A stretch of DNA of 64,000 nucleotides, taken from positions 1,055 to 65,054 of the forward strand of contig JANQEX010000043.1 in the NCBI GenBank assembly GCA_028278105.1. Reading direction: 5' to 3'. The notes under the pieces are model-generated. The model was not told where the DNA came from, did no database searches, and saw nothing but the letters and a program-made list of their open reading frames with translations. A program made the translations under genes and the position numbers. The stretch's first letter is position 1. Every line of letters begins with the position of its first letter. Positions 26,935-36,606 of this stretch are shown here, piece by piece. The stretch comes from Alphaproteobacteria bacterium (GTDB lineage Bacteria > Pseudomonadota > Alphaproteobacteria > UBA9219 > RGZA01).

Positions 26935-29900
26935 CTACCCGTTGGGCGAAGCCGAACGCGAGCCGCTGCCGGCCGCGTCCTTCTTGTTGCCCGTATCCAT
27001 CTTGCGATCCCTGGCCATTGACGTGGCCTGCTGCACCGACTCCCGGATTTCCTGAATCACGTAATTGGCCAGCTCGTCGACCAGTTCCTGCATCACCGCC
27101 TGCTGGGCGTTGGCGGACAGTTCGCCCTTTTCGGTGCGCACCACCACGCGGCGGCGGATTTCGAACCGCGCCGTGCCGCCCGGAAACACTGTAGCAAGAA
27201 GCTTGCGGGCGCGGATCGCGCCAATCCTTTCATAGAGGCGGTTGCGCACCACCACGTCCTCGGCCGAGGTGGACAGCGCCCATAATTCCACCGGTCCCAG
27301 CGTATTCACCAGATGCTGCTCATAGCGGCCTTCGGTGGTGGACAGGATGAACAGCACCGGCGCGCCGGAAGGCTTCGGACCGGTCAGGCGGTAGCGCATC
27401 ACCCAGCGCGCGGTCTCCGACAGCGAGAAGCGGTTGCCCGCGTCCTGAATGGCGCGCTCGGACGCCGTGGAGCCGCAGATCCAGATGCCGGTGGCGAGGT
27501 CGATCATGTCGGCGGTGAAGTCGGTGAGAAGCTGCGAGGCCAGCACGATCTGCACGCCCCATTTGCGGCCTTCGCGCACGTCGCGGATGAGCTGGGCGCG
27601 CACGGCGAAGCTGTTGGCGGTGCGGTGGAACTCGTCGTAGCAAAGCCGTTTCGGGATTTCGCGGATCTCCTTCAGCCGCGCGTCGTGATAGGGCCGGTAG
27701 CGGGCCGGCACGTTGCGCAGGGCGTCGGGATTCAGCCACCACGCGCGGATCATCACGTGGCGTGCCAGCATGTACATGATGGCGGTCTGGCGGTCGGCCG
27801 AGGCGTCGCCCTGCGGCGAGACTTCCTGCAAATCCACGGAGCAGACGCGCGCCGCGCCCACGTCGAACTTGGTCACCGTGGCCAGAATGGGAAATTCGCG
27901 GATGGCCGAGGCGATCATGCGCTCGAACGCGTGAATGATGCCTTCGGCGCTGGGGCCGATGGCCGTTTCCTCAAGAAAGGCGCGGATCTGGGGCCGCCGC
28001 GCGGCCGTCACGGCGTCCACCAGCGTGGGCACCGCGTGGCGCTGGGCCAGCATGGCCTCGAACACCGCGCCCGCGTCAAACAGGGCGTCCACGACTTCCC
28101 ACCAATAGGGCTCCGGCGGCAGGTTGAGGTTGAGGCGCTTCACCGCGTCGTCCACGCGGGGGTCGATCAGCTCCAGATAGGGACGCGGCTCGGCGCTGGC
28201 CTCGGCGTCGTCGCGCCACCTGAACATCTCGTCGACGCAGAAACCCACAAGCTGCGTCATGCCGTCATAGGGCATGTCCTGGCCCGGCGGCGTGCAGATC
28301 AGCGTGAGCAGCTCCACCAGATAGGCGCGCTCGTCGGGCAGGGGATGGCGGCAGCCCAACTGGGTGTCGAAGGGATTGACGGCGAATTCCGGCGTCATCA
28401 GCAGGCGGAAATGCATCGCCTCCTGACGGCGCTCGGCGGGCAGCGCGTCGCGGATCAGCGAGATCAGCCCCGCCGAGGACGGCCCGATATCCAGAATGGC
28501 CACGAAAGGAAGCTGGCTCATGCCCGCCGACAGGATCGTGCCAAGGTTCATCGCGTTCATCAGCACCGATTTGCCCGAACCCGGCTGGGCGAAGATCAGG
28601 TCGAACCAGGTGGTGGTCAGCGGCGTGCCGGTCTGGTAGGGCCAGATGCGCCCGTCGGGCGTGCGCAGGATCACCGCCCCTTCGGGGAAGGGCGACGAGG
28701 CGCGCTGCCAGGGAAACATCTTCACGCATTCCATCAGCGGCGCCACGCCCGGCGTGGCAGTGGACGAGCAGGAAATGCCCAGGGCCGACGACATCACCGC
28801 TTCCAGCGGGTCGCCGCAATTGATGGCCACCTGGCAATAACCCCAGGATTCCGCCGCCTGCATCAGGTTGGCCAGGCGCGTTTCGATCAGCCGCTTGTCG
28901 TTCTGGTAGGCCGCGTAGTCGCAATAGGTGGCAAAGGACAGGCGCAGCTTCACCACCGGCTCGCTCTTCGAGAGCAGGATCAACTCGTTCAGCGTGTTCT
29001 TGATCTGCCGGTTGACGCTGTTCGAGAACGTCAGAATGGCCGAGGCCAGCTTGCGGAAGGATTCCCCCGCGACGCCGCCGCTTTCGATCAGGAAGGAGAT
29101 GCGAAACGGCATGTCCGCCTCGATCAGGCGGTTGAGGATTTGCGGAAAGGGCGAGGCGTCGGACGGCCCCAGGCTCATGTCGGTGGCCGCCCATACCAGG
29201 TCGCCGACGCGGACGATGTTGGGCCCCAGCACCTCGGCATCCATCGGGCAAAGCTGCTGCGCGATGGAGGGCCAGAGAATATCCGACCAGTCGCGCCTGT
29301 AGCGCGAGCGCCGCGGCGGGATCGGATCGCCCGGCACGCAGGCTTTCCACTTGTCGTTGGACAGCGAGGGATAAACGCTATCACGCACGGCGCGCAAGGC
29401 TTCGTGCACCTCCATCACATTGGCCACGATGCCAAGCTCGAACAGCGATTCCGCGATATTGGCCACGAAGGCCCTGTGCTTCAGGCGCAAGGGCTCCAGC
29501 GCCGCATGCGGAAACTGGGCATTCTTGGCGGGCGGCCATTTGATGTCGCGGCGCAGCTCGCGGGCGCGCTTGAACTCGTTCTTGGTCAGGCCCGAAGGCC
29601 GGGTCCAGAGCGCGATGAATATTTCCTCATAGGCCAGATAGCGGGACAGGTTTATCTTGCGCTCCCGCAGAAGGTCGTCCAGGTTCAACTCAATCGCGGA
29701 TGCCGCGGCGCGGTTGGGAGCCATCAGCTTTTCCAGCGTGGCGCCGATGCGGTCGGGATCGCGCAGAAAATAGAACTGCATCGCGTGGCCAAGGCGGTCG
29801 AACCGCGCGCCGAGTTTCAGCGTGGCCTGGTCGACGATCCATTTGTATTCCTCGCCGCCGATCATCTGGCGCGCGCCGCTCACCCGCAGATAGCTGACCA

Positions 29901-30027
29901 GCGATCCGTCACCCGAAACCATCGACTGGGCGTCGTCGGAGGTCTCCAGTTGAATGAAGGATTCCACCGGCTGCTTCAATTGCAGCAGGAAGGCGGCAAA
30001 AAGTTCATCCAGAAAACTGAGCAGCAT
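26935..30027 (-). CDS. icmB: DotO/IcmB (TraU-like) VirB4-family T4BSS ATPase
   Basis: 1030 aa. Walker A AQPGSGKSVLMNAM. Size typical of IcmB/DotO. Confidence 0.75.
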   Translation of the reverse strand: MLLSFLDELFAAFLLQLKQPVESFIQLETSDDAQSMVSGDGSLVSYLRVSGARQMIGGEEYKWIVDQATLKLGARFDRLGHAMQFYFLRDPDRIGATLEKLMAPNRAAASAIELNLDDLLRERKINLSRYLAYEEIFIALWTRPSGLTKNEFKRARELRRDIKWPPAKNAQFPHAALEPLRLKHRAFVANIAESLFELGIVANVMEVHEALRAVRDSVYPSLSNDKWKACVPGDPIPPRRSRYRRDWSDILWPSIAQQLCPMDAEVLGPNIVRVGDLVWAATDMSLGPSDASPFPQILNRLIEADMPFRISFLIESGGVAGESFRKLASAILTFSNSVNRQIKNTLNELILLSKSEPVVKLRLSFATYCDYAAYQNDKRLIETRLANLMQAAESWGYCQVAINCGDPLEAVMSSALGISCSSTATPGVAPLMECVKMFPWQRASSPFPEGAVILRTPDGRIWPYQTGTPLTTTWFDLIFAQPGSGKSVLMNAMNLGTILSAGMSQLPFVAILDIGPSSAGLISLIRDALPAERRQEAMHFRLLMTPEFAVNPFDTQLGCRHPLPDERAYLVELLTLICTPPGQDMPYDGMTQLVGFCVDEMFRWRDDAEASAEPRPYLELIDPRVDDAVKRLNLNLPPEPYWWEVVDALFDAGAVFEAMLAQRHAVPTLVDAVTAARRPQIRAFLEETAIGPSAEGIIHAFERMIASAIREFPILATVTKFDVGAARVCSVDLQEVSPQGDASADRQTAIMYMLARHVMIRAWWLNPDALRNVPARYRPYHDARLKEIREIPKRLCYDEFHRTANSFAVRAQLIRDVREGRKWGVQIVLASQLLTDFTADMIDLATGIWICGSTASERAIQDAGNRFSLSETARWVMRYRLTGPKPSGAPVLFILSTTEGRYEQHLVNTLGPVELWALSTSAEDVVVRNRLYERIGAIRARKLLATVFPGGTARFEIRRRVVVRTEKGELSANAQQAVMQELVDELANYVIQEIRESVQQATSMARDRKMDTGNKKDAAGSGSRSASPNG

Positions 30028-30243
30028 GACCCACGGCGCCTTGACGGACAGGCCCGGCCGGAAAGCCGCGCATGCCCAAGGGACCCCGGAATCGGGGCCT
30101 TCGATTCGGAAATTTTACCGTAGGGACAAAGCCTTAACTGAAAATGAACGCGGCTTCGGATTGCAAGCCTTGCGTCATCCTCCCTATCAAGGAATCTTTT
30201 AGATAACCATTTGTTAAATAATGATTTTGTGTCCCGTAATACA

Positions 30244-30480
30244 AACAGTCTCATGAAGTGACTCATCCCGAAAGCACGGACCGTCACCCCCGCGAAGGCG
30301 GGGGTCCACGCTTATAATCTTCTGATTTATTTGGATTTAAGCGTGGATGCCCGCCTCCCTGCTTCGCCTTCGGCTACGCAGGGCGCACTTGCAAAAAGGC
30401 CCGGCGTAGCTTTAGCGAAGACGGGTCGCGGGCATGACGACTCTCCCTATGGGATAGATCAGTTTACAAGACCGTTAGTA
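30244..30480. mobile_element. MITE-like element copy 3 (same TIR, with a ~70-bp insertion inside the right arm)
   Basis: acaaacagtctcatgaagtgactcat...gtcacccccgcgaaggcgggggtccacgc ... gcgtggatgcccgcctcc[insert]gcgggcatgacg. Confidence 0.55.
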
Positions 30481-30592
30481 TAATTGTGTACACAAATCGT
30501 GCCCTCTGTATTATCATGATCTTTAGTAGGGATGAAAGAAAAATAGCGCGGGGATGCCCGCCATGTCATTACGGCCTGGAAAGTAGGAGAAC

Positions 30593-30895
30593 ATGGCAAA
30601 AGAAGATACAAGGCGTTATTCAAGAAGCGCGCTCGCAAGGATGAAGGCGCGGGGTGACCTGCGGGCCACGCCGTCCGACGCGCCGGAGATTGAGCTTGAC
30701 GAAGCTTTCTGGGAAAGGGCCCGCATTGTTGAAACGCGCCCGCGCCGCAAGGAATCGGTGCATCTGCGGCTTGACGCCGAAACGCTGGATTTCTACCGCG
30801 CCGCCGGCCAGGGTCATCTGACGCGCATGGCCAATATCCTGAAAGCCTATGCGGAGAGTCATGACAAACGCCGGCCGCGCGATGGCAACGCCTGA
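30593..30895 (+). CDS. BrnA-like (RHH/CopG, DUF4415-type) antitoxin, orphan
   Basis: 100 aa, ...VHLRLDAETLDFYRAAGQGHLTRMANILKAYAES. No BrnT-like toxin ORF is adjacent. Opposite orientation to the surrounding T4BSS genes. Confidence 0.55.
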   Translation: MAKEDTRRYSRSALARMKARGDLRATPSDAPEIELDEAFWERARIVETRPRRKESVHLRLDAETLDFYRAAGQGHLTRMANILKAYAESHDKRRPRDGNA

Positions 30896-30954
30896 GTCTT
30901 AAGCTCTCTCCTGCGCCGGGAACAAAACAGTTATTGTGTTCCCTTTGTTGCGTT

Positions 30955-31650
30955 TCAGGCGTTCGCGGCTTTCAGAAAGCTTTTCAGCGAGAGCCATTTT
31001 TCGGGCGAAAGCTTCCCGAATGGCCCGGATTCGGAAACGTAATATTCGATGATCTGGGGAAAGACATCCGTTTCGCCGCCATTCTGCCAGACCATGCGCC
31101 GGTCAAGCGGCATCAGGCGCAGCCCCTGCAGCTTCGCGCCGCGGGCCTGATAGTTCCTGTCGCTCATCCCCTCAAAAAGGGCCGAGGCCAGCACCGCGGG
31201 ATCGTCGGTGCCGATGCGCCTTTTGGCGTCGCCGCGCGCGTGCAAAAGAACATCATAGGCGCGCTGGGCGCAGGCATGAATGGAATCCGGAATCGCCGCG
31301 CCGAAGGCGCGCGAGGCGTAAACCGCCCGCATGACGTGATTGAGGGCCGCCTGGCCAAGCTCCGGCAACCAGACGAGAACGCCCGAATTCATGGGCGTGA
31401 CGTTTTCGAGGGAAAGGCATTGCTCGCAAAACAGGCAAGCCGTCACCATCTCGGCATCGGCTTCCCAATCCTTCGGAATGACCTTCTGGAACTGTCCTGA
31501 AGTGAAACCACAGTAGCGGCAGGTGAACCCGTCACGCTCCAGCGTCTGCTTGCGCAGTTGCTTTCGTGTGCCCTTGCGGGCGGGCCGGCCGCCGGATTCC
31601 TGGGCGCCGGCGCCGCGCCGGACGCCCAGGGTTATCGGCAGAAGAGACAT
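30955..31650 (-). CDS. icmJ: IcmJ/DotN-like T4BSS cytoplasmic zinc-binding protein
   Basis: Two CxxC pairs (CRYCGF, CLFCEQC). ~230 aa. Position icmC/D-icmJ-icmB as in Legionella. Confidence 0.5.
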   Translation of the reverse strand: MSLLPITLGVRRGAGAQESGGRPARKGTRKQLRKQTLERDGFTCRYCGFTSGQFQKVIPKDWEADAEMVTACLFCEQCLSLENVTPMNSGVLVWLPELGQAALNHVMRAVYASRAFGAAIPDSIHACAQRAYDVLLHARGDAKRRIGTDDPAVLASALFEGMSDRNYQARGAKLQGLRLMPLDRRMVWQNGGETDVFPQIIEYYVSESGPFGKLSPEKWLSLKSFLKAANA

Positions 31651-31668
31651 GAAACGCCAAACCTGTTC

Positions 31669-32046
31669 TTAGCTGATGGGCGTCATCGGCACGAAGGGCG
31701 TCCGTGTCGCGCCTTCGGTCTTCAGCGATGTCGCCACCCAGCCCATGGCCGTCGGCAGAGCCGCGATCACGCCGCCGATGCCAAGGCGGGTCAGGCCCTG
31801 CGCCAGCGGATTTTGCGTTGGGTTGTCGGCGTGTTTCTTCAAAAGGCCCGCGCCGTGCATCATGGTGGCGCCACCGGCAAGGTAGGCCAGGCCCGACAGC
31901 ACGACCGGCATGTTGCCCATGCCTGTCTTCACCTCGTCGACCGACGTTTTCAGGGTTTGCGCCCATGAAACATCGGGGAACGCCGCGGCGATCACTCCGG
32001 CCGCAAGCGCGATCTTAAATACGTCCTGAAAAAAAGCGCGTTTCAT
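31669..32046 (-). CDS. Small secreted/membrane protein, IcmD(DotP)/IcmC(DotE)-like, paralogue of the next gene
   Basis: 125 aa, signal peptide then LSGLAYLAGGATMMHGAGLLKKHADNPTQNPLAQGLTRLGIGGVIAALP. Confidence 0.35.
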   Translation of the reverse strand: MKRAFFQDVFKIALAAGVIAAAFPDVSWAQTLKTSVDEVKTGMGNMPVVLSGLAYLAGGATMMHGAGLLKKHADNPTQNPLAQGLTRLGIGGVIAALPTAMGWVATSLKTEGATRTPFVPMTPIS

Positions 32047-32128
32047 ATTCTGCCTCCATAAAAAGTTAAACCAATGACCTTTCCTTATGTTCCGCCGCCC
32101 GCAACCTCGCGGACCGCGTTTTCATCCC

Positions 32129-32542
32129 CTAACAAAACCCTCCGTAAACCGAGGGCGTACCCATAAGGGACGAAATCTTTTCCATCTTCTTGAAGCCAAG
32201 GGCGTTGTTGCCCATGGCCAGCGAATTGTTGACCCACGCCATGAAAGGCGGCAGGCCCGCGATCACGCCCCCCACGCCGATGCGCACCACGCCGTGCGAC
32301 ATGGGCGTCTGCGACGGATTTTCCGCATGCATCTTCAATTTGTTCGCCCCTCCCAAAACCATCAGCCCGCCGAACGTATAGGCAAGGCCGGAGATGATCG
32401 TCGGCAGATCCTTCATCGCCTCGACCACGGCGGCCGCCGTCACCTGCATGTTCTGCCCATGCGCGAATTCCGGCCACGCCGCGGCAATCACCAGAGCGAG
32501 GCTGAGGCATTTGACGACATTCATGGGAACCCGCCGCATCAT
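32129..32542 (-). CDS. Small secreted/membrane protein, paralogue of 31669..32046
   Basis: 137 aa, ISGLAYTFGGLMVLGGANKLKMHAENPSQTPMSHGVVRIGVGGVIAGLP aligns by eye with the neighbour. Confidence 0.35.
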   Translation of the reverse strand: MMRRVPMNVVKCLSLALVIAAAWPEFAHGQNMQVTAAAVVEAMKDLPTIISGLAYTFGGLMVLGGANKLKMHAENPSQTPMSHGVVRIGVGGVIAGLPPFMAWVNNSLAMGNNALGFKKMEKISSLMGTPSVYGGFC

Positions 32543-32731
32543 GTTAAAAACTTTCCGTTTCCTCCAAAAAATATATCTCGTGAAATACTTTCATCCAATG
32601 TCTTTTAGCAAGACTTAATGATAACGTTGAAGAGATTAAAATTTGGATAAACTTTTATGCGTTTAACTTTCTCAACCATGTTTGGGATGGTTACCGTTAA
32701 AAAATCCTGAACGGAAATTTACCGAAACCGG

Positions 32732-33721
32732 TTAGCTGAGTATCTGGAAGCCCATCGTGCGCTCGATGACCTTGATGAAGCCGGGCATGTTCACCAGCAG
32801 CGTGCCGCCGATGATATGGGTAAAGGCCTGGCCCTTGGTGGCCTGCCCCTGCCCGTCCAGCGCATTGCGCAGCACAATAAAGCCGCGCACGAAGCTCAAG
32901 AGGCCGACAATATAAAGGAAGGTGAATACGGCCGAAACAGCATTGTTGAAGCGATCCATGTTGAAGCTTCCGCCCGGTGCATAGGCGATGCTGCTGTAAC
33001 GCACCACGTCGCGTTGATTCATGCCGTCGCCGAACAGCGTGCCAAGCGAAACGTCCAGCGTCTGCCCGATGGCCAGCAGCATCGCGCCGATCACAAGATT
33101 GGCCAGGATGGGCGTGAGCGTGTTTGATTTGGCGTCCGCGCCAAAGCGCGACAGGCGCACCATGTTCCAGAACACCATCGCCGCGCCGAGAATGATGCTG
33201 ACGAGGCTGATCAGCGATCCGATGGGCCCCTTGATGTTGTTGACGAAATTCATCAGCATTTCGTCAAGCGGCACCGCCGTGCGCGGATCGACGCCGGGTT
33301 CGTTACTGCAGCCGATATTGCTGGTATAGCCCTCCGGCGTCTCATACAGCGACTTGTGCAGGAACTCAATCAACCAGGGCAGCGTGTAAACGAACGCGCC
33401 GACGATAATCCCCAGCAATCCGTCGCGCAGCGGCTTGTTGGGATCGGAAGAGCGTTTGATAAGATCGAACGCGCCGCGCAGGAATATCGCGCCGCCCGCC
33501 ACCCACGCAATCGCCTGTATCAAATGCGGGATGCTGGACGAGTTGCGGAAGGCGTTGCAGAACATCTGCCCGGCCGATTCCGCCTTCACGCCGACATCCT
33601 GGGCGAAGCCGAGAACCGGATAAAAATAGGCAACCACCAGCGCGGCCACAAATACCGGGGCAAGGCTCTCATAGCGAAAAAACGGCGCGCGCATATCCTG
33701 TCCTGAAAAATCCTTCTTCAA
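32732..33721 (-). CDS. Polytopic inner-membrane protein of the T4BSS locus, unassigned
   Basis: 329 aa with at least 6 hydrophobic helices. Confidence 0.35.
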   Translation of the reverse strand: MKKDFSGQDMRAPFFRYESLAPVFVAALVVAYFYPVLGFAQDVGVKAESAGQMFCNAFRNSSSIPHLIQAIAWVAGGAIFLRGAFDLIKRSSDPNKPLRDGLLGIIVGAFVYTLPWLIEFLHKSLYETPEGYTSNIGCSNEPGVDPRTAVPLDEMLMNFVNNIKGPIGSLISLVSIILGAAMVFWNMVRLSRFGADAKSNTLTPILANLVIGAMLLAIGQTLDVSLGTLFGDGMNQRDVVRYSSIAYAPGGSFNMDRFNNAVSAVFTFLYIVGLLSFVRGFIVLRNALDGQGQATKGQAFTHIIGGTLLVNMPGFIKVIERTMGFQILS

Positions 33722-33885
33722 CCAGATTATTCGTTCGATTGTTTAAAACTGTATAAAAAATTACTTTCAAAGAACTGAATGTCGCGCGGGGCGCAAAAAA
33801 TTAGTTTTTGTTAAGCATAATGCGCGGAAAAAGGCTGCCGGAGAACCGCGCGCCGCAAAAAAAGAAGATGATTTGACCTTATGAT

Positions 33886-35163
33886 TTAGCGAACGCTGCC
33901 CTGCGTGCCTTCCACCAGCCAGTGGCCCGCCACCATGCGGATCGACACGATGGTGCCAAGCCCCGGCACCTTGTCGCCGGGAACGATACGGCGCAGATCG
34001 GTGGACATGCCTTCCGAAATCCAGGCCGAGCCGGGCTGGGCCGAACGCAGGATCCAGCCGCCGCCGGCCTTGGGCTTTGGCGCCGGGCGCGCGGGATAAG
34101 GTGTCGCCGTGGGAAGCGGGCCCGGAGCCGTTCCGTAGCTTCCTGTGGAAGGCCGCGCGCCGGATAAGCGGCCCATGCGCGCATTCACTTCGCGCTGGAG
34201 GCGCGAGGCCATGAAGTCGGAACTGGCTTTCTTTTCGCTTTTCGCCCGTGAGGACGCCGTGCGCGTTTTCTTTGATGTCTTTTTCTTGCGCGGCTTTTTC
34301 GCAACCGGCTTGTTCACGCGCTGCTCAAGCCTGGCGATTTTTTCTTCCAGCGCTTGCAGGTTCGCCTTCATGCCGTCGTCCGCGGCCGGCGGCGGAGGCG
34401 GCGCGGCTCTGAGCGCGCGCAATTCGCTGTCGATGCGTTCCTGATTGCCGCGGATTTCGTCAAGCTGCCGGCGCAATGCGGCGACTTCCTGGGTCAGGGG
34501 CGATTCCATCTGTTGCGGGACCGAGGCCGGTGGCAAGGGCGCCGTGCCCATCGTTTCCCGCGCCGGTTCCTGCGGTTGCGCCTGCGGCGCGCCGACGGGT
34601 TCCAGAATATATTCCGGGCCCTTGGTCACTTCCGTTTTCGGCGGCGGCGCCTCCTCCCGCGGCGGCGCCAAAGGCTCCACCTGCGCGAAGGGCGAGGGTT
34701 CCGGTTCTTCCGGCGCGGCCATCATGCCCTGTATCTGCTGCCAGCCCAGCACGCCAAGCACCGTCAACACCGCCAGGCCTCCCGCATAGGGGAGATATTT
34801 CAGATAGGCCGGCTTGTTTCCGTCGGCCATGCCGGGCGGCAGGTATTGCTCGGCCTGCGACCGGGCCTCGCCCATATCCTCGTCCTCGAAATCCGCCGGT
34901 TCATATTCGGCGTCCTGAACGTCTTCCCCTTCCGGGATCTCCCCGGCCTGAGGCTCGGCCAGGCCGGCTTCGTCAGCGTAACCGGGCTCGGAATCCGTAA
35001 AATCATCGACCGGCTGCTGCTCGTCCTGCCAGGACTCCTCTTCCATGGGCGCGGCGGGCTCGCCGCTTTCCTGCGGCGCGAAAGCGGAATCGTCGTCGAA
35101 GCCGGGCTCCGGCTCAAAGCCCGGTTCCTGCGGATGGCGTGTTTTGGGATCGTCATTGTCCAT
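33886..35163 (-). CDS. DotF/IcmG-like bitopic protein (acidic cytoplasmic N-terminus, single TM, coiled coil, Pro/Lys-rich region, C-terminal beta domain)
   Basis: TM LAVLTVLGVLGW. Positional equivalence with icmG upstream of icmE. Confidence 0.35.
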   Translation of the reverse strand: MDNDDPKTRHPQEPGFEPEPGFDDDSAFAPQESGEPAAPMEEESWQDEQQPVDDFTDSEPGYADEAGLAEPQAGEIPEGEDVQDAEYEPADFEDEDMGEARSQAEQYLPPGMADGNKPAYLKYLPYAGGLAVLTVLGVLGWQQIQGMMAAPEEPEPSPFAQVEPLAPPREEAPPPKTEVTKGPEYILEPVGAPQAQPQEPARETMGTAPLPPASVPQQMESPLTQEVAALRRQLDEIRGNQERIDSELRALRAAPPPPPAADDGMKANLQALEEKIARLEQRVNKPVAKKPRKKKTSKKTRTASSRAKSEKKASSDFMASRLQREVNARMGRLSGARPSTGSYGTAPGPLPTATPYPARPAPKPKAGGGWILRSAQPGSAWISEGMSTDLRRIVPGDKVPGLGTIVSIRMVAGHWLVEGTQGSVR

Positions 35164-35210
35164 GGACGGACCTCATGAAATTCGGCCCGGCGAAACGGCC
35201 GGGCGGGGGC

Positions 35211-36605
35211 TTATTGTGCGCCACTATGTATGACGCTTATGCCGCCCTTCGCAAGAGAGGATTGCGTGGCGGCGTCCAGAGGCGTGACCGTCGTACCCCC
35301 ATAGGGATTAACGATTTGGGAGTCCAGGTTGGTATAAGGGTTTGAAGGCCCATAAACCGGGGGAGAAACGCTTCGGATATTCGTTTCCACCGGCGCGCCG
35401 CTTATATTGTCGGTCATCGAATTGACGAAAAACAGCCCCATCGGGGTGCCCGCGGCGACCCGGATCAGGGGCCGGGTGGCCGCCGCCTCGTCGCGGAAGA
35501 AGCTGCCGGCGGTCTGCGCCGCCTCGGACAGGCCGCGATAAATGCCGTCCTTGACCCCCTGCTTGCTTTCCTCGAACACGATCACATTTCCATTTTCGGT
35601 GACCACGCTGTTGCTGGGCGCACTGATGGCCGAGCCGAACCCTTCAAGGAATCCGGCCGCCGCGGGCAGAATCACGCGGGAGAAGTAACGGTTGTCCTTT
35701 TCGGTCACAAGGCCGGGCAGGGTGGAGTTGGGATCAAGCGCCACCGCGTCGATGGAATAATCCTTCCGGCGATAGGTCAGCTTGGTGAACTTGAGGACCA
35801 GGTAATCGCGCGTGGCCTCGAACTGGCCGATCACGCGCGCGCCCGTGAACCGTCCCGACATCACCTCCGCCATGATCGGCCCCGGCGCGTCGGAATTGGC
35901 TTCCACCACGAGCTGGGCGTAGGAGATCGTGCCGGCGGGGATCAGCACCCGTGCGCCCGGCGCCGTCTTGTCCAGCTTGTTGCCGAGGTCCTTTTTCAAG
36001 GTGGCGGGGTCGATCACCTGCACCAGCTTCACCCCGCCCGGCCGCCACGCATCGAACAGCGAGGTCATCTGCTGCTGCATCTTGGCCAGAAGATCGCCGT
36101 CGATCAGTTCCACGGGCTCCTGGCTGGGCGCTTGCGTCACCGTGTTGTCGGGCGGAATGTTGGGACGGAATTCGGCCAGCGGATCATATTGCGATTCCCG
36201 TTCCTCCGGCCCAAGGCCCGCCGTGGTGACATCGCCGGAAACCGGCGTGGGGATGGCGCTCCTCTCCTGGCGGATGGCTTCCTCGGCGCGCTTGCGCGAG
36301 GCGTCGTTCACGGCGTCCACGTAAGCGGGCGGCGCCTTGCTGCCCGGCGTCGCCGTCAGGCCCGGCACGCCGCCCACCGTGATGCCGGCGCGGTCCCCGC
36401 CGTCGCCGCCGGAAAGGAGCGCGATGATCGCGGTGGTCAGCGCCCCCGCGCCCACCACCAGCACGAACAGCTTGAAAAGCGGGCTGCCCTGCCAGGCGGC
36501 CTTGATGTTTCCCGCCACGCCCGGGTTCGGGGCGGCCCGCGGCGCGTCGGGCGGCGCGTCATCCTGAAAATCGTCTTCGAAATCGTCGGGCGGCGGCTGG
36601 GTCAT
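35211..36605 (-). CDS. dotG: DotG/IcmE (VirB10/TrbI-family) T4BSS core protein
   Basis: N-terminal TM, Pro-rich linker, C-terminal VirB10-like domain (...GARVIGQFEATRDYLVLKFTKLTYRRKDYSIDAVALDPNSTLPGL...). Confidence 0.6.
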   Translation of the reverse strand: MTQPPPDDFEDDFQDDAPPDAPRAAPNPGVAGNIKAAWQGSPLFKLFVLVVGAGALTTAIIALLSGGDGGDRAGITVGGVPGLTATPGSKAPPAYVDAVNDASRKRAEEAIRQERSAIPTPVSGDVTTAGLGPEERESQYDPLAEFRPNIPPDNTVTQAPSQEPVELIDGDLLAKMQQQMTSLFDAWRPGGVKLVQVIDPATLKKDLGNKLDKTAPGARVLIPAGTISYAQLVVEANSDAPGPIMAEVMSGRFTGARVIGQFEATRDYLVLKFTKLTYRRKDYSIDAVALDPNSTLPGLVTEKDNRYFSRVILPAAAGFLEGFGSAISAPSNSVVTENGNVIVFEESKQGVKDGIYRGLSEAAQTAGSFFRDEAAATRPLIRVAAGTPMGLFFVNSMTDNISGAPVETNIRSVSPPVYGPSNPYTNLDSQIVNPYGGTTVTPLDAATQSSLAKGGISVIHSGAQ

Positions 36606-36606
36606 C

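Noticed and set aside
30400-30592. Expected BrnT toxin upstream of the BrnA-like gene
   Set aside because: No ORF of 80-100 aa with any start codon is present on the plus strand. The region is MITE and AT-rich DNA.
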